Positions 1 through 17,166 of a stretch of DNA of 64,000 bases are shown here, piece by piece. Location: the NCBI RefSeq assembly GCF_009914755.1, contig NC_060946.1; one strand, written 5' to 3'. The notes beneath the pieces are model-generated. The model did no database searches. It saw nothing but the letters and a program-made list of their open reading frames with translations, and was not told the DNA's origin. The stretch's first letter is position 1, and the number at the start of each line of letters is the position of its first letter. This DNA comes from the human T2T-CHM13v2.0 reference genome, Homo sapiens. The position numbers and the translations under genes are program-made.

Positions 1-149
1 GCACTCATGCTCACCTGGTGTGTGCCAGGCTCCGTGCTGGGCTCTGGGGGGACTAAGGTGACACCGGCTGGCCTCCGAGCATTGAGAGGTGGTAGGAGGG
101 AGGGATGTGTGACCTAATGTTGTCAGTACTTTCTGATAAGGGCAATAAT

Positions 150-390
150 CGAGGTCATTCAGCATAGGGCTAAAGGCTTTGGAATGAGACTCCTGGACTC
201 GGCCCTACCATGCACTACTTTTGTGATCCATGAAAAGTATCATAACTTTCCAAGGTCTATGCTTTTGTTATCTATAAAGTGGAGATTTTGAAAAGAATAA
301 CCTATCTTAAATATCATTGTAAGGATTAAAAGAGGGAGCACCCAGCATGGTGCCTGATACATAGTAAGTGCTCAATAATTGCACACTGTG
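150..390 (+). mobile_element. MIR SINE fragment
   Basis: MIR-like core (tatctataaagtggagat) and 3' end (gcatggtgcctgatacatagtaagtgctcaataa). Confidence 0.6.
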
Positions 391-574
391 ATATAAGGTA
401 GAGAGAAATCATGGAGTAGGGAAACATTAATTCCACCAAGGAATTAACATGTAACTGAGAAGGTGATGTCCGAGCAAGGTTTTGAAGGATCAATGGGAGT
501 TTGTTAGGAGCAAAGTGAGGAAAAGACATTCCAAGTACAAGGATCAAAACATTCAAGGACATAGAAGTTGGTGT

Positions 575-1005
575 GTTAGGACTAGGTTTGGTTGTTGGTA
601 ACAGAAAACTCAAAATAACATGGCTTCAGCAAGAGAGTATTAATTTCTCTTTCATATAGAAGTCTAGAGGCAGGGGATTCAGAGCTGACATGGCACACCA
701 CAGTCTCGGGGACCCAGCTTCAATCTACCTTAGTGCTCTGTCATGTTACACATATGGCCTTCACCTCCTCATCCAAGATGGCTGCTTGAGCTCCAGCCAT
801 CGTGCCCTCATTCCAACCAGCAGGAAGGAGAAAGGGGTGAAGAAGGTTGTGCCCCTATCTTAAAGAACACTTTCCAGAAGTTGTAATTAATACTTTATCT
901 TGCTGCGCATCCAATGGCCGTACCTCACTGCAGAGGAGGCTGGGATATGTAGTCTTTATTTCTACATGGCCACATCACCAGATAAAAATTGGAGTTTCTA
1001 CTACT
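575..1005 (-). mobile_element. Old MaLR LTR (MLT1-type) within L2 fragments
   Basis: ccaagatggctgct...ctccagccatc, ggaggctgggatatgtagtcttt motifs. Confidence 0.5.
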
Positions 1006-1689
1006 TAGAAAGAAGTGGGGAAGGTATATTAGATGAAAATGAGCGATTTCTATCATAGGAGACATAAAATAGCATGCTATGCAGGACGCATAAATATTTT
1101 GGTGTTTCCGTGGTGGAAAAAGTGAAGGGGAGAGTGATGATTACAGAAATAAACAGAGGCCAGGCATGGACAGCCTTGGGAGCCACAGACGTGGGGGCGT
1201 GTCCCCAGGGAGAGCCACAGAAGGGTTTCCGAGCAAGGGAGAGCCATGGTCTGATTTGCTGTCCTAGAAACATCACACTAATTGCAGATGTGATTAACAT
1301 AATGGAGGGGACACGTCTGGAGCCAGGAGGCATTTCTCCCTAACATTTTATTATAAAAATTTTCATACATGCAGCAAAGTGGGAAGAATCTCACACTGAA
1401 AACCACCTAAACTCTACCACTGGCATTTTACTAAATGAATTTAATCATGCTTCTCTCTCCCTCTACGCACCCATCCATTCTTCTTGTTTTGTGGCATTTT
1501 AAATTGCAGACATCTATCTGATTCCCTGCAGAAACTCCACAATACATGACATGAACAAGAGTTCAAAATTTCTTTGCATTTTCTGTTTTGCTGTAAGATG
1601 TAAAATTTACATTTAATTGCACATGTCTTAAATATACATTTGCTGAGATTTGACAACTACACTCACTTGTGTAGCTCAAACTGTATTAA

Positions 1690-2078
<389 letters not shown>

Positions 2079-3059
2079 ACCTTACTTCTTTTAAAACCAC
2101 AGATTGGTTTGGGGAAGGCAGACATTTGAAAGCCTGTTGGGGGGCCATGTACTGAGTGGGGTGGGGTTCGGAGCTGAAGGAGAGGCAGGGCAGAGGGAGA
2201 CAGGATTTCCAGGGCTTCCCTGCAGGTTGAACTTGGAGGCTGGAGAGAGTCATTTAACCAGAGTGCCCGTCATCTGCTGCCAGGAGTTGAGTTTCTCGCT
2301 GAGTGACCGGGCAGATGGTGGCGCCATTTACTAAGGTGGGGTACCCAGGACGAGGACGGGCCGGGGGTGGGTGGAGACCAGTTTCCTTTGGGACACGTAG
2401 CATCGGGTGTTCAAGGGGCATGTGCCTGGCAGTTGTAGGGATACACAGCCATCCCCAGGGCAGCTCCTTTCTTCTGACCCCTGTGGAGGTGTGAGCTGTC
2501 CTCTGGTGAGGTGGTGCCAGGGAGCGGTCGCCAGGTTTGTCCACCTCCTTCTTGGCCAGCCGGCACCAGCGTGTATCGGGCTCCCTTCACCAGGAAGGGG
2601 AGGTGCTCTCCTCGGTCTACCCTGAAGGCTGCACAAGGGGCGTAGAGAGGGCATGGGTGTGGTTACTTCTGGGTGGCAGGACATGGGAAAGGAGACCTTA
2701 CTCCTTAGGGGAAGCTGGGGAGCTCAGGCGCCCGTCTGGGCAGTCTCCAGGCCAGGTCCTCTCCTTCCTTGTTCCCTCCCCAGCATTCTGCAGCCACACA
2801 CATTCTCTCTCCCCAGGCACCGCCCATCCCTGTCCCAACACCTCCCACCATTCCCTTGAAAAACAATCAAACCCCAGCTCCCCCAGGAAGGAGGCGTCAG
2901 AGTCAGCTCTGCTCCAGGGAGGGCCCCCCAGGGAGGGGGCAGGAGAAGCAGAGAGGGAAAATGAAACCACGGTCACCCTGGGCTGCAATTAGGTTTTCTC
3001 TGGTCTCTCTCAAATCAAACACAACCCACAGCAGAGCCATTTCTTCCTTAAAAGCCCAT

Positions 3060-3419
<360 letters not shown>

Positions 3420-4024
3420 CTATTCTTCCCATTAGCGTGAGTTGGACTCATTTCTTGGGAATCAATGCCCCATCCTTATTCTGCTAACACAGGATTGGGT
3501 TCCCCTTCCAGAGTTGCATCACAAAACATCCTGAATTTATCTGGCAATTTGGAGAAGCCTCAGTTTACCCCATCGGGCTGAGGGTTACAGTCTAAGCTAT
3601 AGGAAGTGCCAGCGTAGAGGAGGCAGCAGACGTCACCTGGGGAGGATGTGAGGGAGGAAGAGAAGGACCCTTGCGGGGGTCAGCAGCATTTCAGAATTGG
3701 GAAGAAGAAGAGGAGGTGGGGAAGAAAACTTCCTAGAGGGGACGACAGGGTCAGGCCTGCATTTGAAGGGTGGATGAGAAGAAAGCCTCATGGGAGATGA
3801 GGAGGACTACTAAGGGCTTCTTATGTACCAGGCTTGGGTGAGGGCAGAAATACAAATATGGCTGCCTACACTGGTGTGTTAGCATACTAGCTGCTGTAAC
3901 AAACAGCCCCCAAATCTCATGATGTGTCCTTAGCCATGGCTCAAAAGATTTCGTTCTCATTTATCTCCCAGTCCAATGTAAGCTGAGAAGAGGGCTCTCC
4001 TGCACCCAGTGATTCAGGCACTCA

Positions 4025-4480
<456 letters not shown>

Positions 4481-5190
4481 TCAGCCAGATCACAGCCACA
4501 GGCACCGCTTACTTGGAGGGAGTTGTGGGAATGAGGTCTCTCTGTGTGCCCAGGAGGAAATGAAACAGGGTTTGGTGACTGTACGGCATTGCCTGCCCAG
4601 TCATGGCCCAAGATAATAATAATAATCTAGTGGAAAGATGAGAAAGGGAAGCTGGGAATAAAATATTTATATAAAGAATGCACCCTAATATTCCACACAG
4701 CACATAATAGGTGCTCAATACTTTTTCAAGTGAGTGCTGTATCACCACTGATCAAATACACAGGCGCTGGGGCAGGTTCCAGGGGCTGGGGAGAGGGTTG
4801 ATGGCACAATAGAGGCATGAAAGGTGGTAAGAGCAAAGTTAGAGAAGCAGGAATGCACGTGGAATGTTCAGAAAACCCAGAGAAGACCAGTTTGGCTGGG
4901 TCAGAAGTTTTGTGAAGAGGATGGGTCACGGAGGCAGTTGGAATGTAGGCTTGGAGGGCATGGGGAATGATTTTGAACTTGAAGAATGTTGGCGGCTCTC
5001 AGCAGGCCCTGAGGAGTGGCTGTGGTTGTGGGGTGGGGTGGGGGTTCCCAGGCATCCTGGATGAATCATCAGGGTCAGTTAAAATTAGTCACCACGACCC
5101 CGCAGGGGAAGCCAAAAGACAGTTGTGTGGCTTATGTGGTAGCTGGGATTTGCCTCGCTGGGGGATCTTTGGCCTTCTTAGTTTGGAGAT

Positions 5191-6115
5191 GGGGGAGCAG
5201 AGGAGGGAGAGGAGAGGAGGAGGAGGGGAGGAAGAGAAGGGGAGGAGGAGGAGAGGAGGAGGAGGGGAGGAGGAGGACGGGAGGAGGAGGAGGGGAGGAG
5301 GAGGAGAGGAGGAGGAGGAAGAGGGGAGGAGGAGGAAGAGGGGAGGAAGAGGGGAGGAGGAGGAGGAAGAGGGGAGGAAGAGGAGGAAGAGGGGAGGAGG
5401 AGGAGGGGAGGAGGAGGAAGAGGGGAGGAGGAAGAGGGGAGGAGGAGGAAGAGGGGAGGAGGAGGAAGAGGGGAGGAGGAGGAAGAGGGGAGGAGGAGTA
5501 GGAGGTGGCAGCAGAGGAGGGGAGGAGGAGGAGGGGAAGGAGAAGAGGAGGAGGGGAGGAGGAGGGAAGGAGGAGGAGGAGAGGAGGAGGAGAGGAGGAG
5601 GAGGAGAGGAGGAGGAGGAGAGGAGGAGGAGGAGAGGAGGAGGAGGAGAGGAGGAGGAGGAAGAGGGGAGGAGGAGGAAGAGGGGAGGAGGAGGAGGAAG
5701 GGGGAGGAAGGGGAGGAAGAGGGGAGGAGGAGGAGGGGAGGAAGAGGGGAGGAGGAGGAGGGGAGGAAGAGGAAGAGGGGAGGAGGAAGAGGGGAGGAGG
5801 AGGAAGAGGGGAGGAGGAGGAAGAGGGGAGGAGGGAAGGAGGAGGGGAGGAGGAGTAGGAGGTGGCAGCAGAGGAGGGGAGGAGGAGGAGGGGAAGGAGA
5901 AGAGGAGGAAGGGAGGAGGAGGGGAGGAGGAAGGGAGGAGGAGGGGAGGAGGGGAGGAGGAGGAGGAGAGGAGGAGGAGGAAGAGGGGAGGAGGAGGAGG
6001 AAGAGGGGAGAAGGAGGAACAGGGGAGGAGGGAAGGAGGCGGAGGGGAAGGAGAAGAGGAGGGGGGGAGTAGGAGGAGGGGAGGAGGAGGGGAGGAGGAG
6101 GAGGAGGAGAAGGAG
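5191..6115 (+). repeat. ~0.9 kb GGA/GAG-rich polypurine low-complexity tract
   Basis: Almost exclusively G and A on the + strand; source of the spurious long G/R/E and P/S/L ORFs. Confidence 0.97.
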
Positions 6116-7879
6116 TCCCACTCCACCCTGCCCCCATGATGTGCGAGCACTAAGATGGCCTGGGACAGAACTGGATACGACACAGTTTGGGGAGCTCTTC
6201 TGAAGGCTAATAATGGTAAGTTCAAGTACACATAAATGTCTTTCTCTCTCAAGGAACAGTCCCAGGCTTAAAAGCCTTGTGGGGCTGCTCCACCAAGCAG
6301 CCCTGGTTCTTCCTGTGGCATTGCTCAGCCCCGACCCACACATCCACATTCCAGCCCCAGCCAGCAAGGAGGACTGGGAAGGGAGGGCACATCCCCTCCT
6401 AAGGGAAGGCCCACACTCAGCTCAGTCCTCACTGGCTGGAATGTGGTCACATGGTAAAGCCGGCTGCAAGGGAGGCTGGGAAGCCTCTTTAACTATGTGG
6501 CCATGGCACAGCTAAAACTTGGGGATCCTATCATTAAGGGAAGAAAGAGAGAAGGGAGACAGTGTATCTAAGCAGAGAAGCCTGAGCTTTTCCTGCTGGT
6601 TCCCCGTGGATTGAGGGTATCGTGCAGGGTCTGACATTCCCGGGTGCTCCGCTGAGGGGAGGTGGAGTTGTGGAGGTGGCTGGTGGTCCCTGGAAAACTG
6701 GGAATTGAGACAAAAGAGCTCTGAGCCCAAAGATTCAGCACGTAGACGCAAAAGGTCCTGGCCATGAACTTGACAGCACAAGACCACAGAAGGCCCGGTG
6801 GACCAGGTACACCTCAGCAGGCGTCCAGGTCCCCAGAACAAAACAGTCATCCTGGAGCAGAGAGCAGGGACCTGGGGACGCCCCAGCATCTGCACACCTG
6901 TCCAAGGGCCCATCTTCCCGCCTTTGCTCTCCTCCCATCTATCCAGCACCATGTTGGAGAGGAGTAGGTGTGGAGGTAGCCAAAGGAGGAAACTGAAATA
7001 CTGAGTATATACCAGGAAGACTAAGATGCCATTGTTGGCTCATCTAAGTTGCCCCCTGACACGCTGCAGTGAGAGAAGCTTAAAAACAAGAGGCAGTGTC
7101 TTACAGTGGTCAAGGGTGTGGATTCCGGAGCTAGACTACCTGCATTTGAATCCTGGTTTCACTGCTTGCTGTGTGACCTTGAGAAAGTTACTTAATCCCT
7201 CCGTTCCTCCTTTCTCCATCTGTCAAATAGCAGTAATTAGAACCTGCCTCAGAGGGTGTTGTGAAATCTGAACTACTTATAATACTTAAAACTATACCTC
7301 GTACGGAGTAAGCACTCAATACACATGGGCTATTGGTCTCAATTATAGATAATAAAGAAAACACATTTTTAAAACATCTGCGTTGAAATGATTTAAAATT
7401 TTACCTGTTACATGATGAGTGAATAAGAGCTGTGAGGCCGGCGAGGGCAGGTACTGTATCTATCTTGCGTTGCCATTGCTCAGTTCAGGGCCAAGTTCAT
7501 GACAATGCCAGCCTCACCACCACCACTTGGGGCGCCACACCCTAAGCACATACCACTGGCCTGTCTGGGTCCAGTAGCTTTGAGTCCTTTATAAGCAGTG
7601 GCTCATTTAGTCCTCATGACCATCTTAACTAGGAGGTACTTGGTAATAATTGCTGAATAAAGGAAATGCCTTCCACCCAGGACAGGTGAATAATGGATGG
7701 AAAAGTGCTTTGTAAACTGTAAAGCAGGCTACTTGTGAGGATGCAAACACTTAGGACCCCTTCCCCAAGGGCCTAGGATTCTGTTCTACTTTCGGCTTGG
7801 CTGTTACCTTGGGAGGAATGCACCCTGTGTTCTAGAATTTTCCCTCCACATGTCCCTCTTTCAAAATGTAGCTGTCTTG

Positions 7880-8548
<669 letters not shown>

Positions 8549-9254
8549 TAACTGTCTTGTGTATCATTTTTCCTCACAGTTTGTCTTAGTAGTAACTGAG
8601 GGAAATTCACCCTTCTCCCGCCCCTGACCTGAGGAATTTTCTTTCAACAAAGGCCAGGAAAGGCTTGATATTCAGCCCCAGAGGAAGGACCCTTTACTCC
8701 TATTCTGCTGTAGACTGGACTCCCTGACACTCTGGCATTATGCCCTGTGGACTCATCTGCTTCCACCCTCCCCAGCTGTGCAAAGCCCATGCACTGAGGG
8801 CCTCCCCACGGGGCACCTTCTCCAAGGAGGCTCCCCAAGATCCCCAGCTCCAAGTAGACGTCTCCCTGCAGGCCCCATCCCCTTCTTCCTGGCAGGATAC
8901 TAACTATGGCCCTTGTCATAGCTCTGTGGGAGGAAACACTGTCTTTATTCATTGATTGATGGATGCAGTAATTCATTCATGAATTCACTCAGCGATACCT
9001 ATTGAGTACCTCTTCTGTATCAGGCATGACAGCCACAGTGCAAACATAGTGGCCAGCACATAGTAGGGGAACAAACACTGACTGAATTTCAGGTGCCAAA
9101 GCCAACATGTGGGGGAGATATTTGGAGACTAGGGGTCTCTTTCTACTCTGCTAATATACACACTGCCTGGGTGGGTGAAAGGCAGTGTTGCTTTTCAGTT
9201 TATAATGAAGGAAGGAAGGGAGAAATGAGAGGAGAGGGAGAGAGAGAGAGCGCA

Positions 9255-9600
9255 TGTGTGTGTGTGGGGGGGTGCGTGTGTGCGTGTGTGTGCGTGCATG
9301 TGTCTGTGCATGTTTGTGTGCGTGTGTGCATGTGTAAGTGTGTGTGCGTGTGTCCATGTATGTGAGTGTGTGCGTGTGTCAGTGTGTGCGTGTGTCCATG
9401 TATGTGAGTGCGTGTGTCAGTGTGTGTGCGTGTGTGAGTGTGTGTGCGTGTGTAAGTGCGTGTGTGCGTGTGTGTTAGTGTGTGTGCATGTGTGCTTGTG
9501 TTCACACGTGTGTGCATGTGAGCCCGTGTGTGCAAGAGTGTGTGCGTGTGTGTGTGCGTATGTGTGAGAGTGTGTGTGTGTGCAGTGTGCCTGGACGTGC
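9255..9600 (+). repeat. Degenerate (TG)n/(TGCG)n microsatellite, ~350 bp
   Basis: Alternating purine-pyrimidine run. Confidence 0.95.
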
Positions 9601-10328
9601 TTATGTAAGCATGTGCCTGGGATCATGGATGTGTCTCTCTAAGGGTGTGGCGCCCAGATCTTCAAGGATGTGGAGAATCACTCCGTTTGCTGAAGAAGGG
9701 AGTACTAGCTACGGGGAAGAAGACAAATACATACACAGCAGGGTGAAAACTTGAACAGGGTTCAGGGCAGGGAGTGGCTGAATCATAGGGTGCAGAGCGG
9801 TAAGAGATGGATGGTGATGCTAGACAGGTGGGCAGGATCCAGTTGTAGAAAGCTCTGACATCATGGCCAAATCCTAACCACCCTCTAAGCCCTGACACAA
9901 AGGACACGCCCTCCAGGAAGCCCTCTGTTGTTGTCTTTTGTTGTGTCTGTTTCACCAGCACCCTCCCCTTCTTCCCTATTAGGAACTTGCTGCATTTGGC
10001 TCGCCCTGCCTCTTGACCACAGTGACTTTGCTTCTGAACTGAAGTTCAGAGATGGACACATGGTCAAGCCAGACAAAGCCGAATCTTCCCTGAGACTTTT
10101 CTGATAGAGTTCTTGGAAGGACGTTGCCATGTAGCAAGGATGTGAGTTTGGGATTGCAGGTGGCCCCTGGCCTGAAGAACCAAATCAAACAGAGACAGGG
10201 GACAGCCAAGAGGTTCAGCAAGATGGAGCCCTGATGATTTTTTCTAAATCACAGGACCCAGCTCTACCTAAAGCCAACTGCACTCTGGACCTTCCTGCTA
10301 AATCATTCGTTCATTCAACAAATAGCTA

Positions 10329-10598
<270 letters not shown>

Positions 10599-10602
10599 CT
10601 AC

Positions 10603-11073
10603 TACATTCATCAGAAATCTCTGGAGAAACAGAACCAATAGGAGAGTTAGGTAGATCGATTTATTATAAGGAATGGCTCACGTGATTGTGGGCTGAGAAG
10701 TTCCATAGCCTGCCATTTGCAAGCTGGAGACCCAGGAAAGTCAGTGTTATAATTCAGCCAGAGTCTGAAGGTCTGAGTATCCTGGGAGTAGATGGGGTAA
10801 AGCCCAGTCTGAGGACAGAAGACAAATGTTCCAGCTCAGGCAGTGAGGCAGAGAGCAAATTCCCCTTCCTCCACCCTTTTGTGTGATTCAGGTCCTCAGT
10901 GATTGGATGATACCTGCTCACGTGGTGGAGACCATCTGCTTTACTCAGTCTACTAATGCAAATGCTAATCTCTTCCAGAAACCTCCTCACAGACACAGCC
11001 AGAAATAATGTCCAACAAAATATGTGGGCATCCCAAAGCCCAGTCAAGTTGACACATAAAGTTAAATACCACA
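10603..11073 (-). mobile_element. MLT2 (ERVL) LTR
   Basis: gagaaacagaaccaatagga...gcaagctggagacccaggaaag...caagttgacacataaa motifs. Confidence 0.8.
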
Positions 11074-11304
11074 CCTACTGTGTGCAAGGCACAGTCCTAA
11101 ATAGTAAAAATACAGCAGTTAAAAAAAAAGTCAAAGATCCAACCAAATGGAGCTTACACAATAGTACGAGGGGATGGATAGAAACACAATAAATAAGATA
11201 AATAATAAAAATAGAAAGCATGTTAGATGATAAATCCTATGGAGAAAAATAAAGCAATAAAGTAGAGAAGAAGCATAGAGAATGTTGAGCAGAGAGTGGG
11301 AGAT

Positions 11305-11922
<618 letters not shown>

Positions 11923-12193
11923 TAAAATGTACTTTAAAATTTAATTTAAATGTATTTGATAAAGATTTGATAAAGATTCAGTGAGATAAAGGAAATATTT
12001 GATAAAGATTCAAAGAGATAAAGGAGAGAACTACAGAAATACCTTGCGGGGTGGGGGGAAAGCATTTCAACAGAGGGAATAGCAAATATAAAGAAAGGCC
12101 CTGACGTAAAAGTATGTCTTACTTATTCAAGGTACAGTCACATTCCATGAGCCAAAAGTGATTTCTGTCACTTGCAATCAAAACATTCCTACC

Positions 12194-12539
<346 letters not shown>

Positions 12540-13685
12540 TCAAGAAGCAGACCCTCTTCCCTCCCTCCCAGCTGCCTGCTATCTGTGCCCCTGGCCACAT
12601 TTACTATCAGTGCTTCACACAGCTGCCTTTATTTCAAATCATTTGTTATTGAGAAACATCATTAAACACCTACTATGTGCAGCATGCATGCTCACAGCCT
12701 GACATCGATACTGTCTCCCATTTATGAGTGCCATCAGGAAAGTTCAGAAAGGCTCATTTTTCCCAGGGCCACAGTCCCAGCAAAGGGCAGAGTTGGGATG
12801 CAAACCCAGGCTTGTCCAAGCCCAAAACCCACATTTGCAGACTTGGCATCCCAGCTCCATCTCAAGTTGAAGACACTGGGCATATGTTCTGGAAGAATGT
12901 CAACTTCTCCTTTGGAACTCAGGTGCAATTCAAGCCTGTAAGGAAAGCAATGCTTTCAATAACAAAGCTTCGGCCAAACAGTACAGCAATCGCTTTACAC
13001 ACAGCAGCTCATTTCATTTCATAAAGCCCTTGTAAGGCAAGGTTTGCTATGTGCATTTTCAGGTGAAGAAACGGAGGCTCTGATGACCCTGCTGCAACCT
13101 CACCTGACTGGTCTGTGCGGCTCCTTGTTCCCACGGGTTCTTAATCCCCTCCTCTGAGTCCTGCAAAGCACTTTGCATGGGGCTAGGCTTTGCTCTCAGC
13201 AGCCCTTGCTCTCACCAGAGCACCCCCCGAGCTGAAATCCCTGAAGCCCAGAAGCCCCTCTGCAGAGCCAATGCAGTCCCTAGAAAAGATGCTGGCTCAG
13301 ATGGAATCTTAACCCTGGCTCCCTGTCCCAGTGGGAGATCTGAGCTTCCTGGGGGTGGCCCTGTCAGAGCTGACATCCCACCCACCCTGCTCTGTCCCCT
13401 GCAGTTCCTGAGGGGCTCATCCTTCCCTATGTTTGAGTTTCCATCCTCCCACCCCACCCTAAGGCAGCCAGGCCACTCCCCGAGACTGGGAGCCCACTCC
13501 AGCCTGGGAAGCCTGGGTTTAGGTGCAGAAGGTGCGTCAAGCTGGAGCTGGAAATGCAGTGATCTTGTGCAGGCTTTGGCTTCTCCACTCACTTGTGAGC
13601 CTCAGGGTGGGGGCCAAGTTCAGTCTCTTAGTTGCTCCTCTACCCAACAGGAGGCTTCCTGACCTCATCAATGCTCTCAGAGACA

Positions 13686-14132
13686 GTGCATTAGTTTACC
13701 AGGGCCGCTGTAACAAACGACCACAGCTTCGTGACTTAGAACAATAGAGATTTATTCTCTCATAAGTGTGGTGGCCGAAAGCCTGAAATCAAGGTATAGC
13801 AGGGTTGGCCCTGCTGGAGGCTCTGAGACAGAATGTGCTCCATTCCTCCTTTAGTGTTTGGTGGCTGCTGACAATTCTTGGCTTGCAGCTGCGTCATTTC
13901 AGGCTCTGCCCCCATCTTCACATGGCCCTCCTCCCTGTGTGTCTCTGTGTGCTCTCCTTTTCTGTCTCTTTTAAGGACATTTTCATTGGATTTGTTCTTA
14001 AATCAGGGATGATTCCATCTCAAGATCCTTAATTACATCGGCAAAGACCCTGTTTCCAAGTAAACTCACATTCACAGGTGAAGGGGATTAGGACTTGGAC
14101 ATCACGTTTTGGGGTCACTCTTCAACCCACTG
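13686..14132 (-). mobile_element. MLT1B/C-like MaLR LTR
   Basis: tgcattagtttaccagggccgctgtaacaaa ... gcaaagaccctgtttccaagtaa ... ttcaacccactgta. Confidence 0.75.
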
Positions 14133-14735
14133 TAAATGGGAAAACGCAGGCTCAGAGCAGAATGGATTTGCTCAGGAGCCACGGTACATTTGGGCAGCCG
14201 AAGGACTGCCCTGCTCTCCCGACGCTGGACCAGTGCTCTGCCTCCAGCCCCGCACTGCCCCGGGTTTCCAAGACTCTCTGGGAATGTGTTCAGTGAAAAA
14301 AACATCTGGAGACTGTCTGTGCTCAAGAGTAACTGGGAATGTCATCATGGGAGGGAGTTTCCTTTCCCGGATGGCTCGGTGCCTGGGGCCCTGGCTGGCG
14401 TGCAGGCCTCACTCTGGTGAATAGGCCATGTCACACCCTGATCACAGAGTCGCTGCTCTCGTCCACTGCTCTGCAGAGGCCAGAGTCAGCCCCAGACGCA
14501 ATGAGAATGGTGAGAGGACTGAGGTCCCCCTGCTCTCTGGGTCACTTTCTTCTCGGGAGATGCTTCCTGCTCTCTTTGGTGAGAACAAGAGAACACTGCA
14601 CAAAATTTAAACTGATTAATTCTGACTCTAAATCCTTGGCTCTTAGAGACTTCACGGCAGTATGGTTAGGATTCTGGCCTCGGAACCCAGTCTGCCTGGG
14701 CTCAGGCCCCAGCTCCGACATTTGCTGAACATTTA

Positions 14736-15302
<567 letters not shown>

Positions 15303-15457
15303 TTATCCTTGCTAGAAGATTCTCTCTTCTCCCCAGCCATCACGCCAGCGCCATTCAGTCCCAGGGCTTTGCTTTTCTGTGCAAATCAGAATTCATGTCC
15401 ACACCTTAGGGAATGACTACAGACCATGTCAATATTGGTTTGAAGAACTTCTAAGAG

Positions 15458-15612
15458 GTGGGGAGGGATAGCATTAGGAGATATACCTAATGTTAAATGA
15501 TGAGTCAATGGGTGCAGCATACCAACATGGCACATGTATACATATGTAACAAACCTGCACATTGTGCACCTGTACCCTAAAACTTAAAGTATAATAATAA
15601 TAAAAAAAAAAA
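15458..15612 (+). mobile_element. Heavily 5'-truncated L1PA (3' end only)
   Basis: L1PA 3' UTR end plus poly-A; perfect 15-bp TSD aagaacttctaagag (15443-15457 and 15611-15625). Confidence 0.92.
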
Positions 15613-15773
15613 GAACTTCTAAGAGAAAGAGGTGGAGAGATCAGCTCATCTGATGTCGTCATCTGCATTCAGTGCTGGTCCGCAATGGGAAACAAAAGAG
15701 GTATGTTCTTGCCCTAATAAAATAACCTAAGATTAGCCCATAACACCTATCGCCAAGGACAGATGCCTGTTAG

Positions 15774-16267
<494 letters not shown>

Positions 16268-17166
16268 ACTTCTTCCCCCTTAATTCAGAAGACTTCCTGG
16301 CCTCTCTGCAAATTTGCCTTGTCCTTAGACAGTAACCCTTGAGCTCTGCACAGCACAAGATAAGATAGGAATTTGAGTAGTTCTGTGTCAAGTCAAATAC
16401 TTGCCTTCTTTCCCATGGGATTTTGGAATCTAAGCTTTAAGAATTTTAGAGACTTAAAGAAAAATAATCTTCACCTTAAATGCAGAAACGTGTGGGACCT
16501 CCTGGCAGCCCAGATGTGGCTGTCACCAGGCACTGCCTTGAGCCTAACCCTAACCAGCCCTTCTTCAGGGCCACAGTAGAGTATCCAGGCCCACAGTCAG
16601 AAGGAGCTGGCAGCATCCCAGGGCCATAGGGAGACCATCCTGACTGGATGCCAGGCAGCAACAACCAAATAAAACCCCATTTGCTTTGTGGCTTCTGCCC
16701 TGGTCCCACAACTTGCCAGTGCTTTCTGGCCCATTTGGCCTCTTCCCGGCTCCACACCTCCTCCATTGTCAGATGCTATGGTTTGCCCTCTTGCCCCAAA
16801 AACTGCTTCTCCTAAGGACTGGAGCTTGTGTTCTGTCCTACCTGCTTTGCTCATGGAGGACTGCTCAGTTTAGCTGCCAAGCCCCACCCCTCCACAGGCC
16901 CCCACCCTCTCTGGGATTCTGGTGCATGCGATTTTCTCCAACTCATTATATTTGAACCAGACCTACTATGAGCTGTGAAATTTAGGTCCCTCGGAGTCAA
17001 CAAAGGTTCACTGTGCTAGGTGCTAACTGCCAAGGAGAAAAGATGTAGGTCCTGCTCTGATGTCACCTAGCAATGGGTAGAGAGGTGGGAGAGCTTAAGC
17101 TCATTGCCACTGAAGCTAAGTCCCTTAGATAAGGCAGGGGGCCAGGATGAGAGTGAGGGAAGACAC

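Noticed and set aside
1-60. Minus-strand donor CAG|GTGAGC near position 14 as an MB exon
   Set aside because: Lies in L2-like sequence at the window edge; no supporting acceptor and no myoglobin coding sequence in the window.
4967-6367. Long ORFs of 319-411 aa on both strands (G/R/E-rich; P/S/L-rich)
   Set aside because: They arise because a G/A-only tract cannot contain stop codons; no splice or coding signature.
9093-9754. Cys/Val- and His/Thr-rich ORFs
   Set aside because: TG/CA microsatellite translations.
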